Positions 8,843 through 17,973 of a stretch of 40,917 nucleotides of DNA are shown piece after piece; the stretch's first letter is position 1; each line of letters begins with the position of its first letter. Position numbers and translations under genes: made by a program. This stretch comes from Candidatus Campbellbacteria bacterium (GTDB lineage Bacteria; Patescibacteriota; Minisyncoccia; Phycocordibacterales; UBA1006): positions 1 through 40,917 of the forward strand of contig NZWR01000006.1 of the NCBI GenBank assembly GCA_002698305.1, given 5' to 3'. The notes beneath the pieces were generated by a model, which saw only the letters and a list, made by a program, of their open reading frames with translations, had not been told where the DNA came from and ran no database searches.

Positions 8843-9355
8843 CTAATGTTCCCCAAATAAAAATTTGAAATAATGTCGAGAAGCATACAGCATATACAAA
8901 ACAACAACCAAAGAGCTAAGAAAGACTATATTTGCAATAACATCATCATAATTTAAAAGATTATATTTTGATAATAACTGCCACCAATCATGAGTGTTTG
9001 CATCTCCTGTTATTAACGGTAGCGCCCGTTCTTGTGCATCACGAATATAGATAGACACACTGAGTAAAGCAGAACTCAGCCAATATAAAATAATTATTTG
9101 CGACAGTAATTCACCCCGTGCCTTAAAATAGAGAAAAAGTAGCAAAGGAATACCAACTTCAAAAAGAGCTCCACCTAAAAGCATTATCGTCTCTCCGAAT
9201 ATCATCATAAACGTATGACCTGCTTCATGAAAAACAAGATTAACAGAATCCATCACCCAAAAAATATCACTGGTTACAAGCATCCACACACTAAACGTTA
9301 TCATTAACATACTTAGGCAAGCATGCAGATATACTTTTGTTAGTGAGGCATTCAT
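8843..9355 (-). CDS. Small polytopic membrane protein with an HExxH motif (HEAGH)
   Basis: Five predicted TM helices. HEAGH lies at the end of TM2, suggesting an intramembrane metalloprotease-like site. Confidence 0.5.
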   Translation of the reverse strand: MNASLTKVYLHACLSMLMITFSVWMLVTSDIFWVMDSVNLVFHEAGHTFMMIFGETIMLLGGALFEVGIPLLLFLYFKARGELLSQIIILYWLSSALLSVSIYIRDAQERALPLITGDANTHDWWQLLSKYNLLNYDDVIANIVFLSSLVVVLYMLYASRHYFKFLFGEH

Positions 9356-9381
9356 TACATACAGTATACCTAAAATAAAAA

Positions 9382-9882
9382 CTATAACGCGAGGTTACAG
9401 TCTATTTCTTCAAGGTAAAATTCATCAGTTTCAAAAGCTAATTCCTTAAGGTCGGCATACATAAACACTCCTTCGTCCTCTACCCGCGGCACTTCTACTC
9501 GCTGATACCCTACATACAATCTATCATCAATAACTTGATATACTCGTTGCTCTCTCCAAGAGTAGTCACCTCGATTGGCAGAGGCAATTACATTAAAATA
9601 TCCATCTGCCGTTGCACCAGCGATGGTAGCATACTCGGATTCACCATTTGCAGGAGTAATACTATGAGTTCCGTATACCTCTTGGCCTTTAACCGTCACA
9701 TCAATCCGTTCTACATTTTCCCCAGCTTCTGTTTCCGACCTGTATTCGTAACATCGCTGCTCAGCCTCAGCAATACCAGCAAGCCCAGGTGAAGTAACCT
9801 GTTCTAAGTTATTTTTGTTGGAAAGAAGAATGGCAATAACAATAAGAATAATAATAGTAATAGGAAGTAAAAGTTTTTTCAT
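9382..9882 (-). CDS. Secreted or anchored hypothetical protein (166 aa)
   Basis: N-terminal signal/anchor MKKLLLPITIIILIVIAILL. TGCTACAAT lies 6 nt upstream of the ATG. Confidence 0.55.
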   Translation of the reverse strand: MKKLLLPITIIILIVIAILLSNKNNLEQVTSPGLAGIAEAEQRCYEYRSETEAGENVERIDVTVKGQEVYGTHSITPANGESEYATIAGATADGYFNVIASANRGDYSWREQRVYQVIDDRLYVGYQRVEVPRVEDEGVFMYADLKELAFETDEFYLEEIDCNLAL

Positions 9883-9945
9883 ACAAAGATTGTAGCAAAT
9901 AGCATTTTTTTTAAAAGAACTATATAATCATAAAAAATAGGACAT

Positions 9946-10503
9946 ATGTTTAACAATAGAATTAAAGAAAAGCTAGTTACTCGTCGATTTATTAAAAATT
10001 CCTATACGAGTGATTTACGATGTTCGATAATCCCAGAATTATTTATATTTATCAATGATTATTTTTTCCAAGAATATCGCTATATCTACCGAATGCCTGA
10101 TGGCAATGATCATGTGGTTATGCGCACGTATTCCTATACAGAAATAGATGAATTTTTAGATTTTATTTTTAATGAGAATTTAATTTATAAAGGTGAATAT
10201 TTAAGGTTTAAAGAGAAGCTATTCTCTTCAGTTCTTATTCCTGATTTTACAGATGCCTTAATCTATTTAAAGAAGAGAAAAAAATACCGAGCCTTAGGCA
10301 CCTGCCCTGATATAAGAATAAATAAAACACGTAAAAGTAATGGGACCCTTTTAGTTATGCTTTACTCGTGTTCAGAAAACGATACATTATTACTCTCTAC
10401 ATACTCCATACAGGACATGCAAATTTTTCTTAATATATGTAATGATAAAAAATTAATCACAACAAAAGAATTTGGGTATTTATTTGATACTCTGTATTCT
10501 TAA
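9946..10503 (+). CDS. Hypothetical protein (185 aa)
   Basis: Intact ORF followed by a strong terminator. No family recognised. Confidence 0.45.
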   Translation: MFNNRIKEKLVTRRFIKNSYTSDLRCSIIPELFIFINDYFFQEYRYIYRMPDGNDHVVMRTYSYTEIDEFLDFIFNENLIYKGEYLRFKEKLFSSVLIPDFTDALIYLKKRKKYRALGTCPDIRINKTRKSNGTLLVMLYSCSENDTLLLSTYSIQDMQIFLNICNDKKLITTKEFGYLFDTLYS

Positions 10504-10525
10504 AATGCCCTTTCGGGCATTTTTA
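10502..10525. terminator. Bidirectional hairpin terminator
   Basis: AAAATGCCC-TTTC-GGGCATTTT between convergent genes. Confidence 0.65.
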
Positions 10526-11155
10526 ATATCTCAAATCTACAAAATCATCAAGCTCCTTTCGAACTTTTGCCAACTTTGCATAGTCATCATCATCTCTGCG
10601 GTATCCGACGGCAGCAATCACTGCTGCATGGTACCCCTCTGAATCTAAATCTAAAATCTGATTATATTTTTCATTCTCAAATCCTTCCATCGGGCACGCA
10701 TCAATTTTCATATCAGTACACAATGCAAGCAGTACACCAAGACCAAGATACGCTTGTTTTTCTGCCCATTGTAATTTCTCTGAATCACTCATCACATCAA
10801 GCGTATTTTGAATTGATTGTTTAAAATCCTTCAGTTCGCTGTGGGGCACTTCTCGCACTTGTGCTATACGGTTTATATATTCATCTACCTCTCTTTCACT
10901 AATATCTTTTTTGGCGGCAAATATAAAAATATGTGACCCATCAACAATCTGAGCTTGATGATAAGAAACTTCTCGTAATTTTTTCTTTATCTCATTACTG
11001 TGAACAACAAGAACTTTATACGGCTGTAGTCCATATGACGATGGGGCTAGATTCACCCCTTTTAAAAGCTCGGTAATATTTTCTTCTGGAACTTTTTTAT
11101 CCCTATTAAATTTTTTAGTGGCATATCGCCAGTGCAGTTTGTTAACTAGGGGCAT
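10523..11155 (-). CDS. Nitroreductase-family NAD(P)H oxidoreductase
   Basis: N-terminal RYATKKF...LAPSSYGLQPYKVLVV pattern typical of the nitroreductase fold, at about 210 aa. Confidence 0.7.
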   Translation of the reverse strand: MPLVNKLHWRYATKKFNRDKKVPEENITELLKGVNLAPSSYGLQPYKVLVVHSNEIKKKLREVSYHQAQIVDGSHIFIFAAKKDISEREVDEYINRIAQVREVPHSELKDFKQSIQNTLDVMSDSEKLQWAEKQAYLGLGVLLALCTDMKIDACPMEGFENEKYNQILDLDSEGYHAAVIAAVGYRRDDDDYAKLAKVRKELDDFVDLRY

Positions 11156-11157
11156 GA

Positions 11158-12087
11158 TTATATAATTGAGTTATCTGATAAATAATAATGAACAACTTCT
11201 CTTAGATCTGTGTGTTTTGGAAGAAAAGTAATGTCTTTATGATGTTCAGATTGAACATGTTGGTTAACTAGCATTTCTTGTGCAAAATCTCCATATACAA
11301 TTCTTAGCATCCACTGCTTTACCGTCACATAGAACCATGCTTTTTTAACTGCCCCTATTGCGCTTGAAAACTGTTTTTGAGTGGTGCTGGTCGTACTAAC
11401 TCCATTAATGATGGGTGGTGTATCTTGAGTAAGTGCTCTGACATATAAATGAACAAGATCTCTTATATCAATCCATGGGAAATAATCATCACCATTACCA
11501 AGAATACCTCCTACCTTAAGTTTAAAGGTATTAGCTACTTCTTTTAAAATTCCACCCCTTCCAATAATATGCCCATTTCTAATACAGGTCGTTTGAATAC
11601 CAGACGCTTGGGCACGCAAGACCTCATCCTCCCACGCTTCTACAACCTCTGAAAGAAAATAATAATTTTTTCGCTCTGATGATTCTACAAGAACTTCGCC
11701 TGGCTGATCACCATACCAACCAACCGCAGAAGCAGCTACCAAGCGTTCAGGTTTATATCTCTCTTGAGATATAAACTCAACCAAATGACGTGACCCATTC
11801 ACACGTGAATCCCAAATTCCTTGTTTGTGTTCTTTGGTAAATCTTCCAAAAATATTTTTTCCTGCAAGATGAATATAGGCGTGGGGATCTTCTAATAATG
11901 AGTAATCTGCATCATCTTTATTAAAAGGTTCACTGAGGTTTTTTTCAAAAAATGAAATTTGCTCATCGTTAATACGAGATGGATGCAGGTCCATTACCAC
12001 AATTTCATATCCACCCAGATCCAATAATTTTTTTATAATTTGCGTTCCCAGGAAACCAGAACCACCTGTAATAATTACTTTCTTCAT
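11158..12087 (-). CDS. SDR-type epimerase-family protein (YfcH/TIGR01777-like)
   Basis: Rossmann motif ITGGSGFLG, about 300 aa, with a DUF1731-like C-terminus. Confidence 0.65.
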   Translation of the reverse strand: MKKVIITGGSGFLGTQIIKKLLDLGGYEIVVMDLHPSRINDEQISFFEKNLSEPFNKDDADYSLLEDPHAYIHLAGKNIFGRFTKEHKQGIWDSRVNGSRHLVEFISQERYKPERLVAASAVGWYGDQPGEVLVESSERKNYYFLSEVVEAWEDEVLRAQASGIQTTCIRNGHIIGRGGILKEVANTFKLKVGGILGNGDDYFPWIDIRDLVHLYVRALTQDTPPIINGVSTTSTTQKQFSSAIGAVKKAWFYVTVKQWMLRIVYGDFAQEMLVNQHVQSEHHKDITFLPKHTDLREVVHYYLSDNSII

Positions 12088-12093
12088 AGCTCT

Positions 12094-12111
12094 ATTCTAG
12101 CATGGTATGAT
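12094..12111. promoter_or_regulatory. Back-to-back extended -10 elements for divergent leaderless genes
   Basis: Minus strand: TGCTAGAAT (12094-12102), 6 nt before the ATG at 12087. Plus strand: TGGTATGAT (12103-12111), 7 nt before the ATG at 12119. Confidence 0.5.
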
Positions 12112-12118
12112 TCATAGA

Positions 12119-13639
12119 ATGAATACAGCCAAAAAAGTAGTAATTATTGGATCTGGGGTTGGCGGGCTTTCTGCTGGAGCTCTTCTTGCAAAAAGAGGAT
12201 ATAAGGTAACCATTCTAGAAAAGAATGAATCGCTTGGAGGTCGTGCAAATATTTTCCATGCCAAAGGATTTACTTTTGATATGGGGCCTTCATGGTATTT
12301 GATGCCTGATGTGTTTGAACATTTCTACGGCTTGCTTGGAGAAGATATTAATGACCATCTTGATATTGTAAGGCTTGATCCGTCGTATAAAGTATTTTTT
12401 CCAGGTGAAGATACCTTACAAGAAATTGATATTCACTCTGACCTAGAAAAAGATCTTGAAACCTTTGAGAAACTCGAGCCAGGAGTCACGCCGAAATTGC
12501 GTAAATATTTAAGTCGTTCAAAAAAACAATATAAAATTGCAATCAATCATTTCATGCACCGAAACTACAATTCATCATGGGATTTTCTTTCGTGGGAAAT
12601 TGCAAAAGAAGGACGTCACATGAATCCACTTCAGACAATGGAGCGATACCTCAATTCATGGTTCAGCAGTAGTCGTTTGAAAAAGATTCTTGAGTACACC
12701 TTGGTGTTTCTTGGCTCTGCACCGGCTAAAACACCTGCTCTATATAATGTTATGAATCACGTTGATTTTGGTATGGGCGTGTTTTATCCGCGTGGCGGAA
12801 TCTACACTATTATTGAATCATTCAAAAACATGATTGAAAAATTTAGTGGAGATATTCGAACATCATCACCTGTTAGGAACATCATTGTTAAAAACAATAC
12901 TGCTGTTGGTGTTGAGCTTGAATCCGGTGAAACAATCAATGCAGACTATGTTATTTCAAATGCTGATCTTTGGTATACCGAAACAAAAATGCTTGCACCA
13001 GAACATCAAAGTTTTCCCGAATCCTACTGGAAAAAGCGTACGATGGCACCGAGCGCCTTTATTCTCTACCTTGGTTTGAATACAGAAGTTCCAGGACTCC
13101 TTCACCACAACCTTCGATTTGCGCAAAATTGGAAAGAAAATTTTCGCGAGATTTTTGATGAACCTCGCCTTCCAGAAGACCCGTCATACTATGTCTGTAA
13201 ACCAACACATACTGACAAAAATATTGCACCTGCTGGCCAAGACATCTTATTTACGCTGGTACCACTTCCCTACGACATCAACATCAGTGACGAAGAGAAG
13301 AAACACTATCGCGACAAAGTTATCACGATGATGAAAAAGGATCTCAATCTCCCTAAGCTTGAAGAAATGATTAGTTATGAGCGAGAATATTGGTCAGAAG
13401 ATTTTGCCAAGGACTATAATGCCTATCGCGGAAATGCCCTTGGTGGTGAGGCGCATACCTTAAAACAAACACTTTTTAGACCACGAAACAAATCTAAGAA
13501 AGTACACAACCTCTTCTATGCAGGAGCTGGAACCAATCCAGGGATTGGCGTACCAACGAGTATTATTTCAGGGCAGCTCGCCTACAAACGTATCGAAGGA
13601 ATTAAACACCCCCACCCACTAACTGATTTAAATGGGTAA
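12119..13639 (+). CDS. crtI: Phytoene desaturase (CrtI family)
   Basis: FAD dinucleotide motif VVIIGSGVGGLSAG, about 500 aa, C-terminal YAGAGTNPGIGVP. The track start at 12107 lies inside the predicted -10 box. Confidence 0.85.
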   Translation: MNTAKKVVIIGSGVGGLSAGALLAKRGYKVTILEKNESLGGRANIFHAKGFTFDMGPSWYLMPDVFEHFYGLLGEDINDHLDIVRLDPSYKVFFPGEDTLQEIDIHSDLEKDLETFEKLEPGVTPKLRKYLSRSKKQYKIAINHFMHRNYNSSWDFLSWEIAKEGRHMNPLQTMERYLNSWFSSSRLKKILEYTLVFLGSAPAKTPALYNVMNHVDFGMGVFYPRGGIYTIIESFKNMIEKFSGDIRTSSPVRNIIVKNNTAVGVELESGETINADYVISNADLWYTETKMLAPEHQSFPESYWKKRTMAPSAFILYLGLNTEVPGLLHHNLRFAQNWKENFREIFDEPRLPEDPSYYVCKPTHTDKNIAPAGQDILFTLVPLPYDINISDEEKKHYRDKVITMMKKDLNLPKLEEMISYEREYWSEDFAKDYNAYRGNALGGEAHTLKQTLFRPRNKSKKVHNLFYAGAGTNPGIGVPTSIISGQLAYKRIEGIKHPHPLTDLNG

Positions 13640-14369
13640 TATGAAAAAAATTCTTGTTATTTTATCACTACTGTTTTTCCTTATTGGAATTGGAATGGCG
13701 TATATTCCTGATGATCTCTTTATCGAAACGGGATCAATAGTTGCTGTTTTAATTCTGGCAGTTCCTGCCTTTTACGGCATGTGGAAAATATACGGACCAA
13801 AAGGAATTCTTGCAGTAATCACTCTGGGTCTTTTTGCTCTGACTATTGAAACAATCGGCATCTACACCGGGTTCCCTTATTCTCATTTTGATTATTTGAT
13901 GCCATTTGGGTATAAGCTCTTTGGAACGACACCATGGACGGTGTTTGTTGCATGGAGTCCACTCGTCATTGGTGCCTTTCTATTATCACAGGCTTGGTTT
14001 AAGAAATGCTGGTCACAAATTCTGGTGTATCTCGGTCTTTTGATTGGTACAGATTTAGTTCTTGACCCTGGGGCCGTCGCTCGCGGCCTGTGGCAATATG
14101 AATCAATTGGTTTATGGTACAACGTTCCAGTTCAAAATTTTTTAGGATGGATATTCTCAGGAACTATTGTTTACCTGATTCTCAAATTTGGCCTACCTAA
14201 TAAAAAAATCAATCAAGGTAATCTTATAATTGGAAGTCTTTCCACGTTGTTATCATTGAGCCTGTGGTCCGGTGTCGCCAAGATTTACGAACTGTGGTTG
14301 CCTTTTATAATTGGATTACTATTAGTTGTTGTAATCATGTATGGATTACTCAAAAAACCATCACATTAG
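13632..14369 (+). CDS. Carotenoid biosynthesis membrane protein (PF04240/CruF-like hydratase family)
   Basis: Polytopic protein. GFPYSHFDY...LDPGAVARGLWQY resembles the CruF/DUF422 signature. Overlaps the crtI stop. Confidence 0.6.
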   Translation: MGNMKKILVILSLLFFLIGIGMAYIPDDLFIETGSIVAVLILAVPAFYGMWKIYGPKGILAVITLGLFALTIETIGIYTGFPYSHFDYLMPFGYKLFGTTPWTVFVAWSPLVIGAFLLSQAWFKKCWSQILVYLGLLIGTDLVLDPGAVARGLWQYESIGLWYNVPVQNFLGWIFSGTIVYLILKFGLPNKKINQGNLIIGSLSTLLSLSLWSGVAKIYELWLPFIIGLLLVVVIMYGLLKKPSH

Positions 14370-15106
14370 TGATGTTTTTTTACTAATTTATAAATTAATT
14401 GTTTGTTCAAATTATGATTTTTTAAAATATTTAGGTACTCCTTGTAATTGAAGATTTCTATTCCTGCAATATCATAATCCCGGTTCTCTTTAAATCTTTG
14501 TAATATTTCAGTAGAAGAAAGATTTAAATCTACCTCAAAGTAAAAACCAACATTAGTATAACCACCCTGAAATATAGCCCTTAGACTCATAGATTTTATC
14601 TCTTCTTTGGTTACTCCAATTTCTTCTTCAATCTCCAAATAAAGCACATCGAAAATATATGTATTACTCATTTGAATATTATCTTCCATAATTCCACCAA
14701 GAACCTCAATAGAATTCATATTCATAGATTTTCCAGAAAGACGAACCATAACAAATTTTTTATCTAAAGTTTTAACGGTAGCGCTTACAAAACAACCTTT
14801 CCTATGTAATTCCTTTGAAATGCCATACCTTCTGTGAATTTCACGTAAACCAAACCTGTCTTTGAATTTCATTACTTGAAATTCAAATACTATATTGCTT
14901 TCTTGTTGTTTCACTGATTTTAAACGATAGGTATTTCCGTTATATAAATTTAGTTTGTTATTTTTTGCTTCGTATATCTTTTTATTCCATATATCATCAA
15001 TCTCATTTCTAATATTTTTAGGTAAATTAAATTTTTCCTGAGTAACTGAGGCAATAATATCTTTTGGTGAAAAATTACCTTCAATAATAATTTGAGGCTT
15101 AATCAT
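14366..15106 (-). CDS. Hypothetical protein with a degenerate Nudix-like box
   Basis: LEIEEEIGV fits the REUxEExGU half of the Nudix box, but the upstream Gx5E spacing does not fit. Its start overlaps the stop codon of the upstream prenyltransferase gene by 4 nt. Confidence 0.35.
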   Translation of the reverse strand: MIKPQIIIEGNFSPKDIIASVTQEKFNLPKNIRNEIDDIWNKKIYEAKNNKLNLYNGNTYRLKSVKQQESNIVFEFQVMKFKDRFGLREIHRRYGISKELHRKGCFVSATVKTLDKKFVMVRLSGKSMNMNSIEVLGGIMEDNIQMSNTYIFDVLYLEIEEEIGVTKEEIKSMSLRAIFQGGYTNVGFYFEVDLNLSSTEILQRFKENRDYDIAGIEIFNYKEYLNILKNHNLNKQLIYKLVKKHH

Positions 15107-15951
15107 ATAGCCAAAAATTTATTAACTAATAAGAAAAACAAAGTCATTCCGAAAACCGTGTTAACCAAGGGGAATTTTTTGTACATCCAAAATGATTTAT
15201 TTGGATGTAGAATCGTATATACAACCATAGCTAAATAAATCAATCCGAGCAGAAGCGGAATAACACCAAGATGCAGGTATCCAATATATGTTGCAACTCC
15301 GTATGCAATCAAACAGAACCGTAAGGCCCCTTGGTGCCCTAATACTGTTGCGAGGGTTCTTACACCTCCTTTTGTATCAGCCTCAATATCTGGAACAGCT
15401 GAATAGGTCTGCATTGCTGATGCCCAGAGCAAACCACCAAGAACCCCTAACCACGAAATATTGGTGTTACCAGTAGCAAAGAAGCCAACAACCGCAGGTG
15501 AGATATAAATAACTGATGAAAAAATAATATCGAGTGGAGGTTTTGTTTTTGCTCTTATAGGTGTCGCTGAATAGTAAATACTGAATAAAATGAAAATAGT
15601 GAACGCGATAGCAGATTGCCATGGTAAGAAAAAATTTATTAGCGCAGTCAACACTGTCCATATAAGCATATGCCGAGATAAAAATTTATGATGCTTGGGC
15701 TCTATTAATTCTTCGTATTCAATTTTTTTTGGATTATGCTTGTCGGTTTCATAATCATAGATGTCGTTAACTCCATAAATCAATATATTTGCAGGATAGG
15801 TAAAAAACAAACATAGAACCCCAAGAATAATCAACGTTTCAATATCAAGTAACCGAGGGTCACCCGCCGCCACAACCCCAACCAGAAAAGTACCGAGAAC
15901 ATAGATCCAAAATCGTGGACGGGAGATATTAATAAGTCGCTTTACATTCAT
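15103..15951 (-). CDS. UbiA-family prenyltransferase (lycopene-elongase-like by context)
   Basis: NDIYDYETD (NDxxDxxxD) and DIEADTKGG motifs, with 8-9 TM segments. Sits between crtB and the CruF-like gene. Confidence 0.7.
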   Translation of the reverse strand: MNVKRLINISRPRFWIYVLGTFLVGVVAAGDPRLLDIETLIILGVLCLFFTYPANILIYGVNDIYDYETDKHNPKKIEYEELIEPKHHKFLSRHMLIWTVLTALINFFLPWQSAIAFTIFILFSIYYSATPIRAKTKPPLDIIFSSVIYISPAVVGFFATGNTNISWLGVLGGLLWASAMQTYSAVPDIEADTKGGVRTLATVLGHQGALRFCLIAYGVATYIGYLHLGVIPLLLGLIYLAMVVYTILHPNKSFWMYKKFPLVNTVFGMTLFFLLVNKFLAI

Positions 15952-15965
15952 AAAACTAGTATACC

Positions 15966-16928
15966 TTATTCTTGTTTGGACTCTTCATTTTCTTGATATT
16001 TTTGGTTTTTAGAAAAATAGGAACTCAGTAAATAGACAGGTGCAGCAAAAGTAATTAAGAAACTGAACCAAACCTTTTTCCATGTAGGTATCCTAATCCG
16101 ATCAAGAAATGGATTGAAATTTCTCTTCTTTAAAATTCTTATATTTTCACGATAAGTGTAACTTGCTAAAAGTAATGGATAAATATTTTTCCAATGCAAA
16201 AATCTTAAACCATATATTCCACGATCAAATAGCTTTTCATTTTTTTCATAGAAATACCTAAGAGCATTTTTAAGCTCCTTTGTGTGCTGTCTTTGAGCAA
16301 TCATGTTCTCAGTGACACCAAAAACAGCAAGGTCATTCATAGGTAAGTAAATACGATTTCGATCTTGATAATCTTCATCAATATCCCTGAGAAAATTTGC
16401 TAACTGCATTGCCTCACCTAAGGATTGAGCATGAGAGAAAGCCCTTACATTGTTGTATCCAATAATGTGACACATTATATGGCCTACGACAGAAGCTGAG
16501 CCCCACATATACTTTACAAGCTCGGCATATGTTCGTATGCGCATGTCGGAAGAAACATCTTCAATCATTGCTTGAATAAAGTCACCTGCATACTCAAATG
16601 GAATGTTTTTATTAGTAAATAGGAAATAATTTGCTCGTAGTATTGGATGTGTAGCATTAGATGGGCCATTCTTTATGACATGCCCCCACTCATTTTTATA
16701 CTCATAAATATTCGCATGAGTCTGGCCTGGCATTTTTAGATTTGGATTATCAACTAACTCATCAGGATATCTAACAAAAGCATAAAAAATTACTGTCGCT
16801 TTTCTAATATCTTTGGTAAATAGGCGCGTCGCAAAAGCATAGTTAGAGCCAAACGAAAAAAGAAACTGTTTACAGTATTCGTAGTCAGCATCGTATTGTG
16901 TATTAACATACGTGATATACTTAGTCAT
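15966..16928 (-). CDS. crtB: Phytoene synthase (CrtB, squalene/phytoene synthase family)
   Basis: Asp-rich motifs YPDELVD and RDIDEDY, plus an extra C-terminal TM segment. Confidence 0.8.
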   Translation of the reverse strand: MTKYITYVNTQYDADYEYCKQFLFSFGSNYAFATRLFTKDIRKATVIFYAFVRYPDELVDNPNLKMPGQTHANIYEYKNEWGHVIKNGPSNATHPILRANYFLFTNKNIPFEYAGDFIQAMIEDVSSDMRIRTYAELVKYMWGSASVVGHIMCHIIGYNNVRAFSHAQSLGEAMQLANFLRDIDEDYQDRNRIYLPMNDLAVFGVTENMIAQRQHTKELKNALRYFYEKNEKLFDRGIYGLRFLHWKNIYPLLLASYTYRENIRILKKRNFNPFLDRIRIPTWKKVWFSFLITFAAPVYLLSSYFSKNQKYQENEESKQE

Positions 16929-16951
16929 ATAATTAACTACTACTGTATCAC

Positions 16952-17950
16952 ATGACTATTAAAGAACGAATGGAAAAATTTAAAGAGGGTTTTAATATTC
17001 ATTTTGAAAATGAGGTACGCTCTGTCTTAAGGGAGCAGCGTGATTTTCATGAAATTACAACAGAACTAGATGAACCTCTGAAAGATTATATTCTTTCTTA
17101 CACAAAAGGAGGTAAAAGAATCCGTCCATTCTTAATACATTTTTTTGGTGACAATGATAATAAAGATCTCATAACTCTTGCCCTAGCGGTAGAGTTATTT
17201 CACTTGGCTGCTCTTATTCACGATGATATGATGGATGGGTCTTATATGCGTCGAGGTGAAAAAACTATTCATATTGCCGTACAGGCATATTCAAAAGAAA
17301 ACACTCATCTTGGTACCGACATAGGATTGCTTCTTGGTGATGTTTTTTTAACTGCTTCTCTTGCAAAAGCTGCACAACTCCCAAATCATTTATTTGAAGA
17401 ATTTAGATCTATGATTCAGCGTACAATCCGTGGGCAATATCTTGATTCTTTTGGGATGAATCAAATACTCGGAGACCAAAGTTACGAAGAAGTCATAGCT
17501 CGACATAAACTCAAAACTGCATGGTACACCTTTTGTTCACCTGCTCGACTTGGTTATATGAGTAATAAACAATACGACCTGAAAACCCTTGAACAAATTA
17601 CAGTGATCATGTGCGAACTCGGACTCTTATATCAAATCCGTGATGACATTATTGATTGTATTGATGAAAACAGCGGCAAAGCTCTTTTTGGTGATATTAC
17701 AGAAAATCAAACAACCTGGGTTACCTTATATATTAAAGAAAAATACCCAGTTAAATTTAAAGAAATTCTCCAAGCTAAAGAATCTAATAACACAGCTTTA
17801 CTAAAAGCAATCTTTAAGGACATTGACCTAAAAACTCCTTATAAACAAGAATATCAACAACGACATGAAATGATTGAAAGCATGGGAGAAGAATTTATAG
17901 AATTAAAAGAAAATATGCATAAGGTACTTGAACTCCTCATGTTAAAATAA
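16952..17950 (+). CDS. crtE: Polyprenyl (geranylgeranyl) diphosphate synthase
   Basis: FARM motif LIHDDMMD and SARM motif IRDDIID. Divergent from crtB, with only 23 nt between the start codons. Confidence 0.8.
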   Translation: MTIKERMEKFKEGFNIHFENEVRSVLREQRDFHEITTELDEPLKDYILSYTKGGKRIRPFLIHFFGDNDNKDLITLALAVELFHLAALIHDDMMDGSYMRRGEKTIHIAVQAYSKENTHLGTDIGLLLGDVFLTASLAKAAQLPNHLFEEFRSMIQRTIRGQYLDSFGMNQILGDQSYEEVIARHKLKTAWYTFCSPARLGYMSNKQYDLKTLEQITVIMCELGLLYQIRDDIIDCIDENSGKALFGDITENQTTWVTLYIKEKYPVKFKEILQAKESNNTALLKAIFKDIDLKTPYKQEYQQRHEMIESMGEEFIELKENMHKVLELLMLK

Positions 17951-17973
17951 GACCTATGAAACCCATAGGTCTT
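17949..17973 (+). terminator. Terminator-like hairpin that contains the start codon of the next gene
   Basis: AAGACCTATG-AAACC-CATAGGTCTT (10-bp stem) followed by ATTTTT. The ATG at 17956-17958 lies in the 5' arm. Confidence 0.55.

Noticed and set aside
12834-13331. Alternative-frame plus-strand ORFs inside crtI (12834-13079, 12970-13158, 13119-13331) and similar internal ORFs in other genes. Examples: 1355-1540, 1627-1815, 4403-4603, 9535-9792, 10567-10824, 13892-14122, 15288-15661, 18751-19067, 19881-20652, 22166-22438, 23935-25231, 25649-26758, 27310-28680, 29255-29467, 30413-31129, 31702-31911, 33199-33414, 37528-37737, 38321-38539, 39565-40303
   Set aside because: All are nested in or antisense to longer ORFs with clear family motifs. 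This is a typical by-product of AT-rich sequence with few stop codons in some frames.
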